This document shows positions 1-11,110 of a stretch of 64,000 nucleotides of DNA, in pieces. Source of the DNA: Octopus sinensis (taxonomy: Eukaryota). Under the pieces are notes generated by a model, which saw only the letters and a program-made list of their open reading frames with translations, made no database searches and was not told the DNA's origin. A program made the position numbers and the translations under genes. Position 1 is the stretch's first letter. Each line of letters begins with the position of its first letter. Location of the stretch: contig NC_043009.1 in NCBI RefSeq assembly GCF_006345805.1, forward strand, positions 19,406,001 through 19,470,000, written 5' to 3'.

Positions 1-2545
1 ATTTGGAGGGATTTTGTAAAATAATAACTTTTTCTATTTGTTTCATCCATAGCTATGAGTCTGACAAAATACACTTTGTCAGAATCATGGTTATGGGTTA
101 AACATACTGGCACTCAGATTTTTTTGAGTTCTTTGGTCTAAGTGGCCTAGCCATGTTCCTTTGAACCTGTCACCTTTAAGAAGTTTCCCAATATTAATCT
201 GGTTTTTGGAAAATAACAAAATGTTCTTGCATTGAGTTATGATGGAAGATTTTACTCTTATATCTGAACAGTTTAACTTTGGAAGTTTCTGTTAAAAAAA
301 AAGGGGGTGGCTTTGGGCAGATTAAAAGGGTTAAGCATCTCTTGCACAAGATTACCAGTGATCATTGTTGCTTGTTGTAAAGATGAAATATTTTAGATTT
401 TCTTATTTTTACATATTTATCTTTGTTTGTTTTTTACTAACAAACCTGGTTTTATTCTTACCTGAATGTGATTGAGTGCTTTTTTAATGTTAAAACTTCC
501 AATCCAGTTTATATTTGATAGTAATATTTCTGGAAACATTATATACTTTGATAAATTACTCACCTATTTCTAATTGCCATTTGTAAAACAATTGTTGTTA
601 TTTGAGGGAGATATGGCTGCTATTTTTAGCAGGTTGAGTGACCCTATAGAATGTCACTCATTGGCTCTGTAACATTCCAGGAGGAAGATTTCTGGTTACT
701 GTAGTAGAATGATTTTATTACTTAATTACCTCCTGAAACACGATTAAAATGCTTTCAGGTGGGTTAATTAATTTATTCATTTGTTTATTTTTTACTACTT
801 TAAACTCTAACTAAAACAAAAATTCTGTCCTTATGACTAAACATAACCATTGTTTTATATTTCAGAATTCCTGAAATATCCCACAGTTGTAATGTTTAGA
901 ATGAAGTGTTATAAATAATAAAAGTTACATAGTAGAGGTAGACAATCAGAGGGAGGAGGGCCACATGACAAATAAAGAAATACCAAACCATCAAGGAATG
1001 AGGAATGTTATGTGGGTTATGATGAAAATGGAAGAGAAATAGGTTTCTTTTTTTTATTTATTAATTTTCATCATTGTCTGGAAGAACCGGCAATGGTCAT
1101 GTGTCATTTCTTTTCTTCTTTGAACAAAAAGAAAAACAAATGAATATTTGGTTCGTTATTTGAATACAATTTCAATATGATTTTGTAATTTAAATATAAT
1201 TTAGCTATTTAAATATTCATCCACATATGTCGATATAATGTTAATATTACAAATACCGTGAAATACTGACCACATATGTAGATATAATAATTAGTTGTAT
1301 AAAAGACAATGAAACACTAATGATTCAAAATACTTTTTTAGCGGCAATATTTCTTGATGCTATTTTGTCAGATATTCTGCTTAATTAAAAAGCATGCTGT
1401 CTATTAATTATTTTAGATTAAACTAACAGTAGTAATTAGAATGAATACTCTTTACTCTGTGTAAACATTTAAATAGATGTTTTAATATAACATGAAATAA
1501 ATTTAGTACCAAATAAATTAAAAGTTATTAAATATTTTCTTAATTTTGATAATAAATAGATTTCATACTTTTTTATTGAATAATTTATCTGTTTTGTATT
1601 TTTTGTACATTTATATATAATCTAATATATTTCTTGGATAAGACAAATCTGTACATAATCTACAACTTTACCAAATATTATTCTTCCACAAGAAATCTGT
1701 GCAAATTCTACAACTCTTTATTTCACTCTTTATTCTTCTGCTAGCTTTAAGTTTTCCTTAAAACTTATCCTTCTCCTGCTATACTCAACACTGCCATAGT
1801 TTGAAGCTTGCTTTTAATATGTTGACATTTATTACAAGAGAAATTTATGTTTGTATGAAATTTTAAACCCTGTAACAAGATCATATTAATGTAAAGTTAT
1901 TTTAATTTAACGATTTTTATGAAGATGTATCTAATGATAAATAGCAGCAAGTGATTGGTTGGTTGGTTGGTAGCATATAAAATTAGCCCCACAATTAGTG
2001 CTTTTCTTTTTATATTCAAGAAAATCTTACTTCCACTCCTTTCATAAAGAAATAGCTTCAGTTCCATAAAGTTTATTGCCAAGAAATACTTAATTTCCTG
2101 CTCTTAATTATTACATAATACTAATTACTAAACTTCACCAAGAGATTTGATTCTAAAGACACTTTTATGTTAGAATCCTTTTCTTCAACATTATATTATT
2201 ATATATTTGTTTATTCTGATTTATTATATTCGTTTAAATTACTGTAATGTTACCCAGTCATAAAACCATATTTATAAATTACAATTATAAATAGGAATTA
2301 ACAGAATAAGCCAGCCAGCCAGCCAACCAACCGACATCTGTGAAACAGGTTTATTTAAACTGCTACAGTTGTTATATAACATACAATTTTGTTTGTAGTG
2401 TGTTTTTTTTTGTTTTGTTGTTGTTGTTTTCCTGCCTATATATTGAACTTCTGAACAAGCTATTCGTTTATTGAAGATACCAGAACGTAGTGGCAGTAAT
2501 AAAGTAAGTAAAAGTACCAGTAACCCAGACATCTTCCCGTCCAGT

Positions 2546-2608
2546 ATGAACAACAACAACAACAACAACAATGACAGCAACCAACACACAAAGGCTAATC
2601 CAGCACAA
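2546..2608 (+). CDS. DUSP23: DUSP23-like phosphatase, probable first coding exon (MNNNNNNNNDSNQHTKANPAQ)
   Basis: ATG at 2546, 21 open codons, donor CAA|GTAAGT at 2609. Its phase 0 matches the next exon. The reading frame is also open back to 2447, so an upstream extension cannot be excluded. There is no homology support for this peptide. Confidence 0.65.
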
Positions 2609-3659
2609 GTAAGTGATTCCAAATTGAAATTTTTGTAAAAAAGAAAATTTTTTTAATCATAATTATTCACAGACATTGTTCCAATAACTAATTAAACAGC
2701 CTTAAATTATGTTTCGAGAAAATACTTCGTTAAACGATGTTCATATTCGTTATATGGAAATGATTTTTTACCATTTATTTATTATTTTCGATTATTTTTA
2801 CAAACTATGTTGCTCAGTCTAAGCAGTCCTTCGCACAAACGTATTCCAGCCATGAGCATCCTCCCTTATTGTGTATCGGGAACAACATTATCCTTGTGCC
2901 CTTCTAGTGTCCTTCATTTTTGAAAGTGTAGTTTGAGTATTTGAGGGAGATTTGGCTACTGTTTCTGTCAGGTTGGATGCCCACTAAAGGCTTTTTGCAT
3001 TAAAACTGTATAAGTTTAATTATGTGGAGAAGAAGAAATGTGTGACTGAAATGAAGGAAGCTTCACTGGAAAAAGGAAATTACTTGAGTTACATTAATGA
3101 CCTACTTTGACGACAGAGAGAAATGTACTGAGTGTGAATTATTAATAAATATCTAATTTATGTTAACAATAAAAGCTACAGAGTTTTATAAACTGACAGC
3201 CAGCCGGCCATGCGATGAAACAGTTGCTAACCACCAGACTGTAACTAAGTCTGTATATCCTATGACGGGTTCTGACTTTGTGTACCACACCCAGAATTTC
3301 ATCTACCATTTCTGTTTGTATTTAGGCATGGCTGACTGGTTCAGAAGAGTTTTTCATAACCACAAGGTATCAGGTTCAATCCCACTGCTTGGCATTTTGA
3401 GTGTCTTTTAATATAGCCTTGGGTCAATACAATCCTTATGAATGAAATTAGATAGAAGGGAACTGGGAGACTGTGTCGAAGTCTGTTTGATGAGCTGTAA
3501 CTGTAATTCAATGGTTCAGCCTTGCTGCATATTGGGTCATTTTGATTCATTCTGTGAATTAAGAGTACACTTGTCTATGGGATACTCAGCCACATACATC
3601 TTAATGTAGCAACGAGTTCCGTTGGTGGAATAACTGAGTACTCGTTGCAAAGATGGAGG

Positions 3660-3870
3660 GTGTCACCACCATCATCATCATCATCATCAATATCATTGCT
3701 ACCATTACGAACATCATCATCACCACTGATGCTGCTGCCACCACCACCACCACCACCACCATCATTACCACCCCTACCACTACTAACATCATCAATTACT
3801 GTCATTACCACTTCTGTCTTCATTATCATCACCACCATCATCATTATCATCATCATCATCATCATCATGT
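3660..3870. repeat. (CAT/CAC)n trinucleotide array
   Basis: Directly visible; it explains the poly-H/T/I/M ORFs at 3575-3899. Confidence 0.95.
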
Positions 3871-4518
3871 CTTGTGAAGTGGAACAAAGGCATTATTAAA
3901 ATTGGGTTCAAATCTTATCTGTAGAAATCTGTTGAACCTAAACCTGGTTCCTGGATGATAATGTTTACTAAGCTGAGGATTGAATTTGTAATCTTTTCCT
4001 CTCCCTCCCCCACACTTCACCCACCCTCCCATTACATTATCTTGACCACTAACACTCCCTCTCTCACTTCCTTCTCTATTTCTTCATTTTTTTTTCACTC
4101 TTTGTTTTTGTCACTCCCTTTTTTTTCACTCTTTTGTCTCTCTCCCTTTTTTCATTTTCTCTCTTTTTTCTTCCTGCTTTAGATTTGACCTTTCTCCTCT
4201 TTCTAATCACACACATCTCTCCTCTCACCATCAATCCATAAATACTACCAATACATTCTCAAATTTTCATTCACACTACAAGATCCTTTCCAATGAGCAA
4301 CAACTGGTTCCATGGCTCCATTCTTTGAAATGACTAAATACGAACTGCTATTGGAACTTACATACCATGTACAGGAAACTTTGTTACCACTTCTATACAC
4401 CATTTTCCTCGAATAATGCATCTGCAACTTCAATATCTTTATGCATCTTATTTCTACTTTCATTCTCTTATTTCCCTCTACATTCCCCATCTTTTCCACC
4501 ATAATTTGAAATCAAATA

Positions 4519-4567
4519 TCTTCTCTGATGAAGGGATGTCCATGATATTTCAGAAACAGCTGTAAGA
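4519..4567 (+). ncRNA. Minimal type I hammerhead-like motif (PLE type)
   Basis: tct-CTGATGA-a-[gggatgtc/gatatttc stem II with G-U pairs]-a-GAAA-cagct-GTA-aga. Stem III ACAGCUGU is palindromic; stem I is only 3 bp. Confidence 0.55.
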
Positions 4568-4952
4568 CTGTTTCATTATAAATGTGCTAAAAACTCCTCA
4601 CAGCCTTGGATTTATTATCTCATTCAGTCTAATATCATCATCCAATGTTTTAAATCTGGGTTTTGTCCCCCTTAATGGGGGTGGCTGGATCTTCCTCAAT
4701 GCCATAGCAACCAAAGTAGGTGGGTGCAGCCCACCCCAAACTTTGGGCTGGCTGGTACCCATTCTCCTTTGCTAACTTAGCAATTCTAAATCAAATTTCA
4801 CAATATATAATATATGTATATAATTTAGAGAAAAAACTCTATTAAACAATTCAATAGTGAAAAACGTTATTCACATCATATAGAAAAAGTTAAATATACT
4901 ATAGAAAACATTATTCTAAAAATCAATAGAGTACATGAACAATAAATAGTAA

Positions 4953-5075
4953 ATAGACTACGCACATTTCGTGGCTATATTTTCAAATAGATAATAATAA
5001 TAAAATCAATTCAATTAAAACTAAATTGATCTAAAATTAATTCTATTTAAAAATATAGTCACTCATCAGGTCTAT
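4953..5075 (-). ncRNA. Type I hammerhead ribozyme motif with long stem II
   Basis: Minus strand reads atagac-CTGATGA-[21-bp stem II, 1 mismatch, 1 G-U, AT-rich loop]-GAAA-tgtgc-GTA-gtctat. The core is intact and stem I is 6 bp. Confidence 0.75.
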
Positions 5076-5137
5076 AATAATAACAATATAAATAATATAA
5101 TAAATGTACATATCTTGACTTATAAATTAACTAACAA

Positions 5138-5354
5138 ATATAGAAAAATACGTGTTTTAACAATAAATAATATAATAAAATTTAACAGTATTGCTTAAAA
5201 TAAAACATAACTTATCTTATCAAAGAAATTCTGTTAACTCAATTAACAGAAAATTAAAAGAATTTCTTCAATAAGATAAGTTATGTTTTTATTTTAAGTA
5301 ATACTGTTAAATTTTATGATATTATTTATTGTTAAAACACGTATTTTTCTATAT
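5138..5354. repeat. Near-perfect inverted repeat (95/96-bp arms, 26-nt loop)
   Basis: Arms 5138-5232 and 5259-5354 differ by 4 substitutions and one 1-nt indel. Confidence 0.95.
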
Positions 5355-5367
5355 CCATCTGTATATG

Positions 5368-5622
5368 CAGTGGAACCTCTGTTTACGACCAGTTTCTCAA
5401 ACATTGACTGCCTCAGGTGATAAATAGAGTCTCAAGTAACGAACACGCAAGTTGGGAGTATCAGCTGGAGAGTCAGTAGTTGTCTAGCTTTCCCTCATTG
5501 CCCATCCCTCCTTGAATTCATGCTGCCTTCTCTTGAATTACCTATGGGGGAAATGGTTTTGGTTTACAAATATTTTGTAATGGCCTTCATCAACAAATTA
5601 AATTTGTAAACAGATTCTACTG
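5368..5622. mobile_element. Tigger/pogo-type MITE
   Basis: Terminal inverted repeats cagtggaacctctgtttacga ... tttgtaaacagattctactg. Confidence 0.55.
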
Positions 5623-5854
5623 TGTGTATATATATATACATAATGAAATTATTGTATACTGTGCTCAGGTGCATACATACATACATACATACATATACAC
5701 ATACATATATATATATATATATAATTTCCAATCACGATTACAGTGGCATACTTCAGATGAATGGTAACAGTAATCCGTAGGTGTAAAAATCCAGGAATTG
5801 GTTATCCAAGTCAGTCAGTAGGCTGGGGTCCATGTGAGCGTGCGGTATATAAAG

Positions 5855-6111
5855 TTAATCCAAACATGAAAACACAACAACGCGAGGACATGGAATAAGT
5901 ATAGTGTTATTGGACGCTCAGGGAAAGAAACAAAGAAAGAGGATTTAACGCTTCGAGCGGAGCTCTTCGTCAGAAACATAGGAAAAGGAAAGGTCCAAGG
6001 AAGGGAAGACGGAGAAAGAAAATCGCCAACGATACACATGTGGTCACATATTGAATCAATAACACAATACTTGTTCCACATCCTCGAGTTGTGTTTTCAT
6101 ATTTGGATTAA
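5855..6111 (-). mobile_element. PLE-derived fragment with ~55-bp inverted ends and a degenerate hammerhead motif (5944-5976)
   Basis: Arms 5855-5912 and 6057-6111 are inverted copies. The internal minus strand reads ttt-CTGACGA-a-gagc/gctc-GAAG-cgtt-aaa, with GAAA mutated. Confidence 0.6.
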
Positions 6112-6394
6112 TTATATATATATATATATATATATATTTATGCATGCACACTATCTACCATCTTAATATTGAATAGACTTATTTTTGCATAATCATATAA
6201 CATAGATAGGCAACCATATGGAAGTTCAAGCAGTGGTATATACATATACACACATTTAGACTTATAAACATATGCATACGTACAGAAGTCAAATTCTACA
6301 AATTCATGTGTGCTGTGATATGCATGAATTCATGTACACACACACACACATGCAAGCAGTTACAGATACATATACATCCAGATATATATATATA

Positions 6395-6602
6395 TAAAAC
6401 TATAAATTAGGGTATCTGAGAGATACCACCATGCTGAAATAGCAGTCAAAACCCTGACCCTAAAGCCACCTTAAATGTTCATATCGCTCCAGGAGTTTTC
6501 TCTCCTGGCGCAATATAAACATTTAAGGTGGCTTTAGGGTCAGGGTTTTGACTGCTATTTCAGCATGATGGTATCTCTCAGATACCCTAATTTATAGTTT
6601 TA
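6395..6602. repeat. Near-perfect inverted repeat (101-bp arms, 6-nt loop)
   Basis: Arms 6395-6495 and 6502-6602 have 4 mismatches and begin/end in TA. Confidence 0.95.
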
Positions 6603-6672
6603 AATAATTATTACCTTTGTATGGTATTTATTCCCATGCTGGCTACTTGATAAGATCGATATTATCCTTTTT

Positions 6673-6712
<40 letters not shown>

Positions 6713-6714
<2 letters not shown>

Positions 6715-8756
6715 GGAGTAAACACATAAATGTGAAACAAGGTGGAAAAAAGAGTACTCAAATACCAGGGGTAGAGTAATATGCTTTATTTAAAAGCAGC
6801 AGAAATTCAACAAAGCCTGTTACTCAGAGTTTCATGTTCCCGTTCGTCGGACAGTTTTGTTAAAATAGAACCGATATGACAATTCTGTCAAGACTAGTAT
6901 GAACATTACACCTTTAAAAATGGACTTGTTTGGTCCTTTCAAATAACGGTCATATGCGAGCGATATGTGGAATGAAACCTGCATAGTGCGAAACAAATTC
7001 ATTGGTGTGATTAAAGATACCCAGAAAATGGGAAGAAGACAGCCTGGCAAAATATGTCTGGGAACTAAAAGAAAAAAAAACCCGACCTTTCAACATGTCA
7101 TGGAGCATTCTAGATAGAGCGACACCATACAGGCACGGGGCACATAAGAAAAATTTTAAGTGCAATCTCTGTTTGTTAGAGAAATCCCTCTCTCTCTTTC
7201 GGAGAGGCACTGAGCAGCTATACGCACACATACACACACGGCAGTAACTTCCACCTACCGAATTCAATCACAAAGCTCCGGTCGGCTCAGGGCTATAATG
7301 GAAGACACCTACCCAAAGTGCCACGTAGTGGGACTGAACCCGAAACCACATAGCTAGGAAGCAAGCTCCCTAACCACACAGCTATTTAATTTTATTCAAA
7401 GACAATAATTCTTTGAATCAAAGAAGCGAAATTTTGAACTCATGCAGGCACGCAACCAAATTCAAAATGTCAAACATAAATATCCCATATGGATAGCGTA
7501 TATTTTGTCTTTTTGAATTTTGATTCTTGGACTAGTCTTTAATCACACCGATGGATTTGTTTCGCGCTATGCAGATTTCATTCCGCATAGCAAAATCTTG
7601 TGCATATATTTTGCTTATATTTCTACATATTCCTTAGGAAAAACCTTCGACTTAGTTTATTTCATTTTATTATATTGTATAGGCTTACTTTGGTAATTTA
7701 ATTTATAGATAATCCAATATAGGATGTTATATTTTGCATGTCTTTCGTCTAATTTTTTATTATTATGCATTCAGCAATTTAAAAAAAATAATGTTGTCAG
7801 ATCCTAGGCATTTTTATGTGAATATGTGTATTGGCATGAATATGTATTTGTAAGCATACGTCTATGTATAAGCGTAAGTGAGCGTATGTTTGTACTTAAG
7901 CACATACATACATGAAAGTAGGTGTATGCATGTATCCACTTGGACTTGTGTGTTTACGTACTTGTCTCTATATATGTGTATTTACTGCTTACATAATTTG
8001 TTTACAAACATTCGTCGCGTATAGTCAGAATTTTATTACTTTTTCTTCTTTCCTTTTCTTTTTCCTTTTCTCTTTTTCTTTTTCTCTCTCTTCCTTTCTT
8101 TCGTTTTTTTCTCTCCCTATTCGTTTATTGTATAGAGCCCTGTAACTTTACGCCCCCCTCCCCCTCCCTTACTTATGCCTTTAGCTTTCTGTTGCTTAGA
8201 AGAGCGTTCCTCCCCCCCTCCATGAATTTTCCTTATAGTCTATATGGATACAAGTGATTTTTGCATGCGAGCAAGATTGCGTATACATATGAGTACATGC
8301 ATTTGTGTGTATATTTTCGTTTTGCATTTATATGTTTGTGGTCTGTGTGCATCTATCTGTGTATGTTGATGTATATATATATATTAATAGTTTAGTATGA
8401 GTATGTACTGTTGTGAAATATTTTAATTTATTTTAATATTTTAATTTCAATTTCTATGTATTAATTATATTTTCTTTATTAATGACAATATGTATTTTAA
8501 CCAAAGATTCGATTTAAGGTTTTTCCTCGACTTTTATAATTTTATATTTTATATTGAACTCATTTTTGTTTATCGCTCACATATGACCGTCATTTGAAAG
8601 TACCAATCAAACAAGTCCATTTTTAAAGGTGTAACATTTATACTAGTCTTGATAGAATTGTCATATCGGTTCTATTTTAACAAAACTGTCCGACGAACGG
8701 GAGCGTGAAACTCCGAGTAACAGGTTTTCTTGAATTTCTGCTGTTTTTAAATAAAG

Positions 8757-8759
<3 letters not shown>
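6713..8759 (+). mobile_element. 5'-truncated Penelope-like element with an inverted copy of its 3' end, interrupted by a SINE (~7190-7385)
   Basis: ORF remnant LAKYVWELKEK...WSILDRATPY...KCNLCLLEK (~7030-7190) resumes as SLNQRSEILNSCRHATKF (~7390-7498), a typical PLE GIY-YIG C-terminus. Segments 6781-6965 and 8571-8759 are inverted copies, each with a hammerhead-like motif. Confidence 0.85.
8686..8723 (+). ncRNA. Minimal hammerhead-like motif with variant core CCGACGA; inverted copy at 6817-6854
   Basis: ctgt-CCGACGA-acg/ggag/cgt-GAAA-ctccga-GTA-acag. Confidence 0.5.
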
Positions 8760-8794
<35 letters not shown>

Positions 8795-8922
8795 GATATA
8801 CATGTACATGTATCATGTAAATATACATCATGAACATCTTATTTTGTAGAATTAATTTTTGTTTTAAATTATTTTATTTGTTATGCTTCATCTTCAAAGA
8901 TTTCTCTTAAATTTCTTGACAG

Positions 8923-9088
8923 ATTATACCAAAAATCCCCAAAAACTTCTCCTGGGTTGTTGATGGGTTTTTAGCAGCCCTTGGATTTCCTAATGAAGCT
9001 GCCAACATGATGTATTTAGTAAAACATGGCATAAAATACCTCATTAGTTTAACTGCGGAACTTACCCCTTCCTTACAGGGATTCGAAG
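8923..9088 (+). CDS. DUSP23: DUSP23-like phosphatase, coding exon 2 (IIPKIPKNFSWVVDGFLAALGFPNEAANMMYLVKHGIKYLISLTAELTPSLQGFE)
   Basis: Acceptor tttcttgacAG and donor GAAG|GTAGGT; 166 nt, phase 0 to 1. The peptide matches the DUSP23 N-terminus pattern PxNFSWV...L.....G...LVSLT. Confidence 0.95.
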
Positions 9089-9610
9089 GTAGGTTACTAA
9101 CGAGTCTTTTAAAAGTTTTCTCTTCAGACAGGAACGTCGTTAAATCAGAGCTGCTCTTCTTTACTTTCTAAGGTTATCTCTTCAGGTTTTTCTATAGGAA
9201 TCACAGCAATGATTCGTTACGTCATTTCGTATCCGAATATAACTGATGTAAACAATGCAATTGAAGATGGGAAAATAGGTAATGGGTGTATATGCCTATT
9301 TTAAGGGTTTTTGCTCCTCCTTCTGCCTCACATCCAATCCATTGACCATCCACAAACACACTGCTTAGATAGTCCCCAAATATAGCGATGTAACACTATT
9401 GCATTCACCAATTTCATATATTAAACACATTCCTGGCAATTGGTTGCATACATATAAACTGCTGGCAGGGACACCGTATCTCATTATGCAACCATTACAT
9501 TCTACCAAATGCTTTCTATGAAATAATCTGTGGTTTGCAAAAGAAATGATTTTGTGGCGATGTTTTGATTATTTTTTATCAAAACACTATTACAGATACA
9601 AAATTACTTT

Positions 9611-10042
9611 CAGTTCTATATTTAAGAGATGAGGAATTATTTACATTTGATGGATATTTGTCCTCATCTTCTTTGTTGTTAGCACAACATTTCGGTTGAT
9701 ATATACCCTCCAGCCTTCATCAGGTGTCTTGGGGAAATTTCAAACCTGGGTTCTCATTCCTAAGGTATTTTTGAATGTTGTTGTTGTTGTTGCTGTTGTT
9801 GTTGTTCAGTTCATGTGGCATAGTGGTTAAGAGTGTGGGCTACTAACCCCAAGATTCTGAGTTCGATTCCAGGCAGTGACCTGAATAATAATAATAACAT
9901 CAAAAAATATCTTAGGAATGAGAACTCAGGTTTGAAATTTCCCCAAGACACCTGATGAAGGCTGGAGGGTATATCAGCCGACACTTTGTGTTAACAACAA
10001 ACAAGATTAGGACAAATATCTGCCAAATATAAATAATGTACA
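9611..10042 (+). mobile_element. tRNA-headed SINE-like element with PLE-type hammerhead tail, preceded by an inverted copy of that tail
   Basis: tRNA-like head at ~9810-9880 (tggcatagtggttaag A box, gagttcgattcc B box). Inverted arms at ~9611-9810 and ~9880-10042 each contain acac-CTGATGA-a-ggctg...ca(g/a)cc-GA(A/C)A...gtg. Confidence 0.7.
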
Positions 10043-11001
10043 AAACTACTTTGTTATAAAAAAATTTTCTTCCTGGAAGAAAAGAAAGGAAAAACATTAA
10101 AAGTGTAAAAAATCGAATTATCGAGAAAAAAACCTATAATTACCTGACCAAAGAAATGAAGAAAAGAAAAAGAAATGTTGGGTGGCTAAGCAACAGAGAA
10201 CAGTGAAGGAGCTACAGGTTGTGCACCTTAGAACAAATGGAGGGTTTAGCAATGCCTTGCAGACATAATTGCAAAGGTGTTGGCACAGAGAATGGCCAGT
10301 AACAACCACCCCATGTCATGGGGCTTGTTTCTCACAAAGTTTGTAGTTATTCTGATCTTGTGGCACCAACTGATAGCAGCCAGTCTGGTTGCTAAGGAGC
10401 CTATTAAATTGTCAAGATATTCACAGAAAATATATAACAACATTTAATCATTCTTTTGAAAATTCTATTAATCTTGTACATTGTGCCTGTCTTTGACATT
10501 TTTCTCTAAATATCCACTTGAAGAGGATTAAAAATGCATCAAGGCATTATATATAGTCTTTCCTACTGTTTGTTCCACTCTTAACATACCTGGAATGGTT
10601 TATTTGTTGGTTCAATTGTTTATGCAGCCAGTTGGATGTCTGCCTTTCTGTCACCATCTTCTCACCATCTTTGAAATGAAGAATTTAGTAAGAGTTCTTC
10701 AGGGCAACCAAATTGGAACAAGCAGAGTTATGTCCCTTGCTCAGCTGTAGTCAAATCTGAACTTAAGACCATTCGGTCAATAGTCTATCCCTTTAATCAC
10801 ACAACCGCTGTGTCTTATTCCTGTAGACAGAAATAATAAGGAAAATATTGGTTGCCTAGAAATTTGGATTATTCCAATATCAATTGATTTTTAAAATATT
10901 GACATGCATAAATCAGGATTTGTCTGATTATCTCCATGTGTTGTATAAAACCATTTTCCTGATACATAACATTATTTCTCTATTTTACTCACAAATTATT
11001 A

Positions 11002-11032
<31 letters not shown>

Positions 11033-11071
11033 TATTATCATCATCATCATCATCATTATTATTATTGTCAC

Positions 11072-11110
11072 ACGCCGATGACGGGTCAATACCCAGAAAC
11101 TTGAGTCCGT
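11072..11110 (+). ncRNA. Minimal hammerhead-like motif with variant core CCGATGA
   Basis: acg-CCGATGA-c-gggt/caat/accc-a-GAAA-cttga-GTC-cgt. Confidence 0.45.

Noticed and set aside
866-950. Possible exon after tttcAG at 865 (FLKYPTVVMFRMKCYK*)
   Set aside because: Short, with no recognisable homology and no convincing partner exon in the window.
9808-9882. Functional tRNA gene
   Set aside because: Imperfect stems, an atypical ACT anticodon and fusion to a repeat tail indicate a SINE head. The other A/B-box sequences in the window are also SINEs.
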